This document shows, in pieces, positions 62,863 through 64,000 of a stretch of 64,000 bases of DNA. A model generated the notes under the pieces. It worked only from the letters and a program-made list of their open reading frames with translations, had not been told where the DNA came from and made no database searches. The position numbers and the translations under genes were made by a program. This DNA comes from Vicinamibacterales bacterium. GTDB lineage: Bacteria > Acidobacteriota > Vicinamibacteria > Vicinamibacterales > CAVVIG01. The stretch is taken from the NCBI GenBank assembly GCA_035939575.1, contig DASZFS010000049.1, forward strand, positions 1,518 to 65,517, read 5' to 3'. The number at the start of each line of letters is the position of its first letter. Within the stretch, counting starts at the first letter, position 1.

Positions 62863-63363
62863 CTACGTCCTCACGCAGGGCGGCGTGCCCTCGGCCGCTT
62901 CTTGGCGCCGCACGTCGTGCGCGGCGAGATGACGGCTGAAACACGCCTGATACAAGGGGCGCCGGCTGTTCGAGGCGCCTACTGGCACGATGAACAAGTT
63001 GAAATCTCCGAGCGCCGGGTGCTGAAGTGCGTGCGTGCCGTCGGGCAGCGCGCTGCCGTCCGGCGCGCGGAACATCAGCGAGAACTGCTCGACGTTTTTC
63101 GTGACGGGACGTTCAACGACCTGTTCCAGCACGAATCGAGCTGGAGTCCCCGCCGCGGTTCGGACGGCGAACGACGTGTTCAGGTGCGGGAGAAACTGCA
63201 GGGCCGTGGCGTCCTGCAGTTGGAGCTGGCCCGCGTGCCGGATGGCGGCCGGCTCGTGCGAGAGGATGTCTGCCGCGCCCGTCAGCGCGCGCAGGTCCAC
63301 ACCAGCGCCGAGCAACGCCATACCACACGACCTGAGAAATGTGACCCGCGAGACCTTCACCAA
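62863..63363 (-). CDS. hypothetical protein, DUF6916-like
   Basis: EQFSLMFRAPDGSALPDGTHALQHPALGDFNLFIVPVG....PLYQACFSR resembles the small proteins that often accompany tail-collar genes. The family call is from memory. It ends 2 nt before the tail-collar ATG. Confidence 0.45.
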   Translation of the reverse strand: MVKVSRVTFLRSCGMALLGAGVDLRALTGAADILSHEPAAIRHAGQLQLQDATALQFLPHLNTSFAVRTAAGTPARFVLEQVVERPVTKNVEQFSLMFRAPDGSALPDGTHALQHPALGDFNLFIVPVGASNSRRPLYQACFSRHLAAHDVRRQEAAEGTPPCVRT

Positions 63364-63541
63364 ACGCGATCTCCGTACGAGCGAACTCCCTCGAGAGTCG
63401 GCTCCAATGGCTCAGCTGGAAGCAGGGGGCAGAATAACAGGGATGCCGTCGGCATGACCAGCAGAAACCCTGCAATTACACGGCGTTGCACTGTATGGCG
63501 CGATGAGGAAGACGCGGTGAGGTCTGATTCCTGGGAGGAGA

Positions 63542-64000
63542 TCACCCGCCGTCCGTGTGATTCTCCGTCAGCTGCTCGAGGAGCCAGGGGTTCACGAGCG
63601 CGTCCAGCACCAGATGCACGCGGTCCGTGCGGCCGCGATTGACCACGTCATGCGGGTCGCTGAGGCGAAGGTACCAGCATTCACCCTCGCGCATGTCGAC
63701 CTGGATGCCGTTCAGCCGGAATTCCACCTCGGGATTCGTCGTGACGGGGATGTGCAGTCGAACCGTGCCGTGCTCGGGCGCAAGGTCGTGATCGGTGTGC
63801 GGCTTGATGATCGAACCCGGACCCAGCTTCATCAAGCGCGCCGATTGGAGCGGACACTGAAACGTTTCCAACACCTGCTGGAAGTATCTGCACCGAGCCA
63901 GGAGCGGCGTATCCACGAACGTGTTGCAGCCGGGATCCGGATAAATCATCTTAATCGGATGGACGGCGCCTGCTGGCGCCCGGAGCGGAAGGATGCTCCA
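63542..64000 (-). CDS. aspartyl/asparaginyl beta-hydroxylase-family 2OG oxygenase, C-terminal part (open at window end)
   Basis: IKPHTDHD (HxD) ...GTVRLHIPV...ECWYLRLSDPHDVVNRG...RVHLVLD. The frame stays open to position 64000. Confidence 0.65.
   Translation of the reverse strand, partial: WSILPLRAPAGAVHPIKMIYPDPGCNTFVDTPLLARCRYFQQVLETFQCPLQSARLMKLGPGSIIKPHTDHDLAPEHGTVRLHIPVTTNPEVEFRLNGIQVDMREGECWYLRLSDPHDVVNRGRTDRVHLVLDALVNPWLLEQLTENHTDGG

Overview
High-GC (about 65-72% by hand counts of 60-nt lines) bacterial chromosomal segment. It is most likely Acidobacteriota: it has an ADOP-type duplicated FtsX permease coupled to an acidobacterial-type PadR, a CarboxypepD_reg/TonB-dependent receptor, and two ECF sigma operons. 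The taxon call is inference only. I saw no rRNA, tRNA or CRISPR array, but intergenic regions were scanned by eye only. The backbone is ordinary: an AcrAB-like efflux pair, mntH-usp, an acyl-CoA ligase, a peptide-type ABC importer with a DapA-family gene, mtgA, uvrA, lpxC, lysA, tmk and rplU-rpmA-obg-nadD-rsfS. Three lower-GC islets interrupt it. (I) About 10.45-15.29 kb: its edges lie inside two ORFs at protein-domain boundaries. It belongs to a 4-gene minus-strand module (Xis-like HTH, S8 peptidase with a TIIWGQ repeat tail, membrane HD-GYP/GAF/GGERF protein, TPR-type sigma-54 activator) bracketed by an inverted pair of paralogous HTH genes. (II) About 41.3-44.3 kb: an AbrB-type antitoxin with a Doc toxin whose catalytic His is Gln, orphan genes, a 5'-truncated IS1-like transposase and two tiny hydrophobic ORFs. 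(III) About 51.25-52.7 kb: four small orphan ORFs next to a frameshifted M20 peptidase gene. Other items worth a second look: a tightly coupled ECF sigma - STAS - 88-aa - radical SAM operon with a SpoIIE/PP2C phosphatase nearby; a near-consensus sigma-54 promoter upstream of lpxC; a tail-collar / DUF6916-like / beta-helix-FG-GAP surface protein operon; and several perfect 7-, 8-, 9- and 30-nt tandem repeats in promoters and in frame within conserved genes, including uvrA. My best candidates for an undescribed system are the mosaic HTH-S8-HD-GYP-bEBP module and the ECF-STAS-small protein-rSAM operon. Neither can be assigned a function from sequence alone. All family calls come from motif recognition by eye, not database searches.
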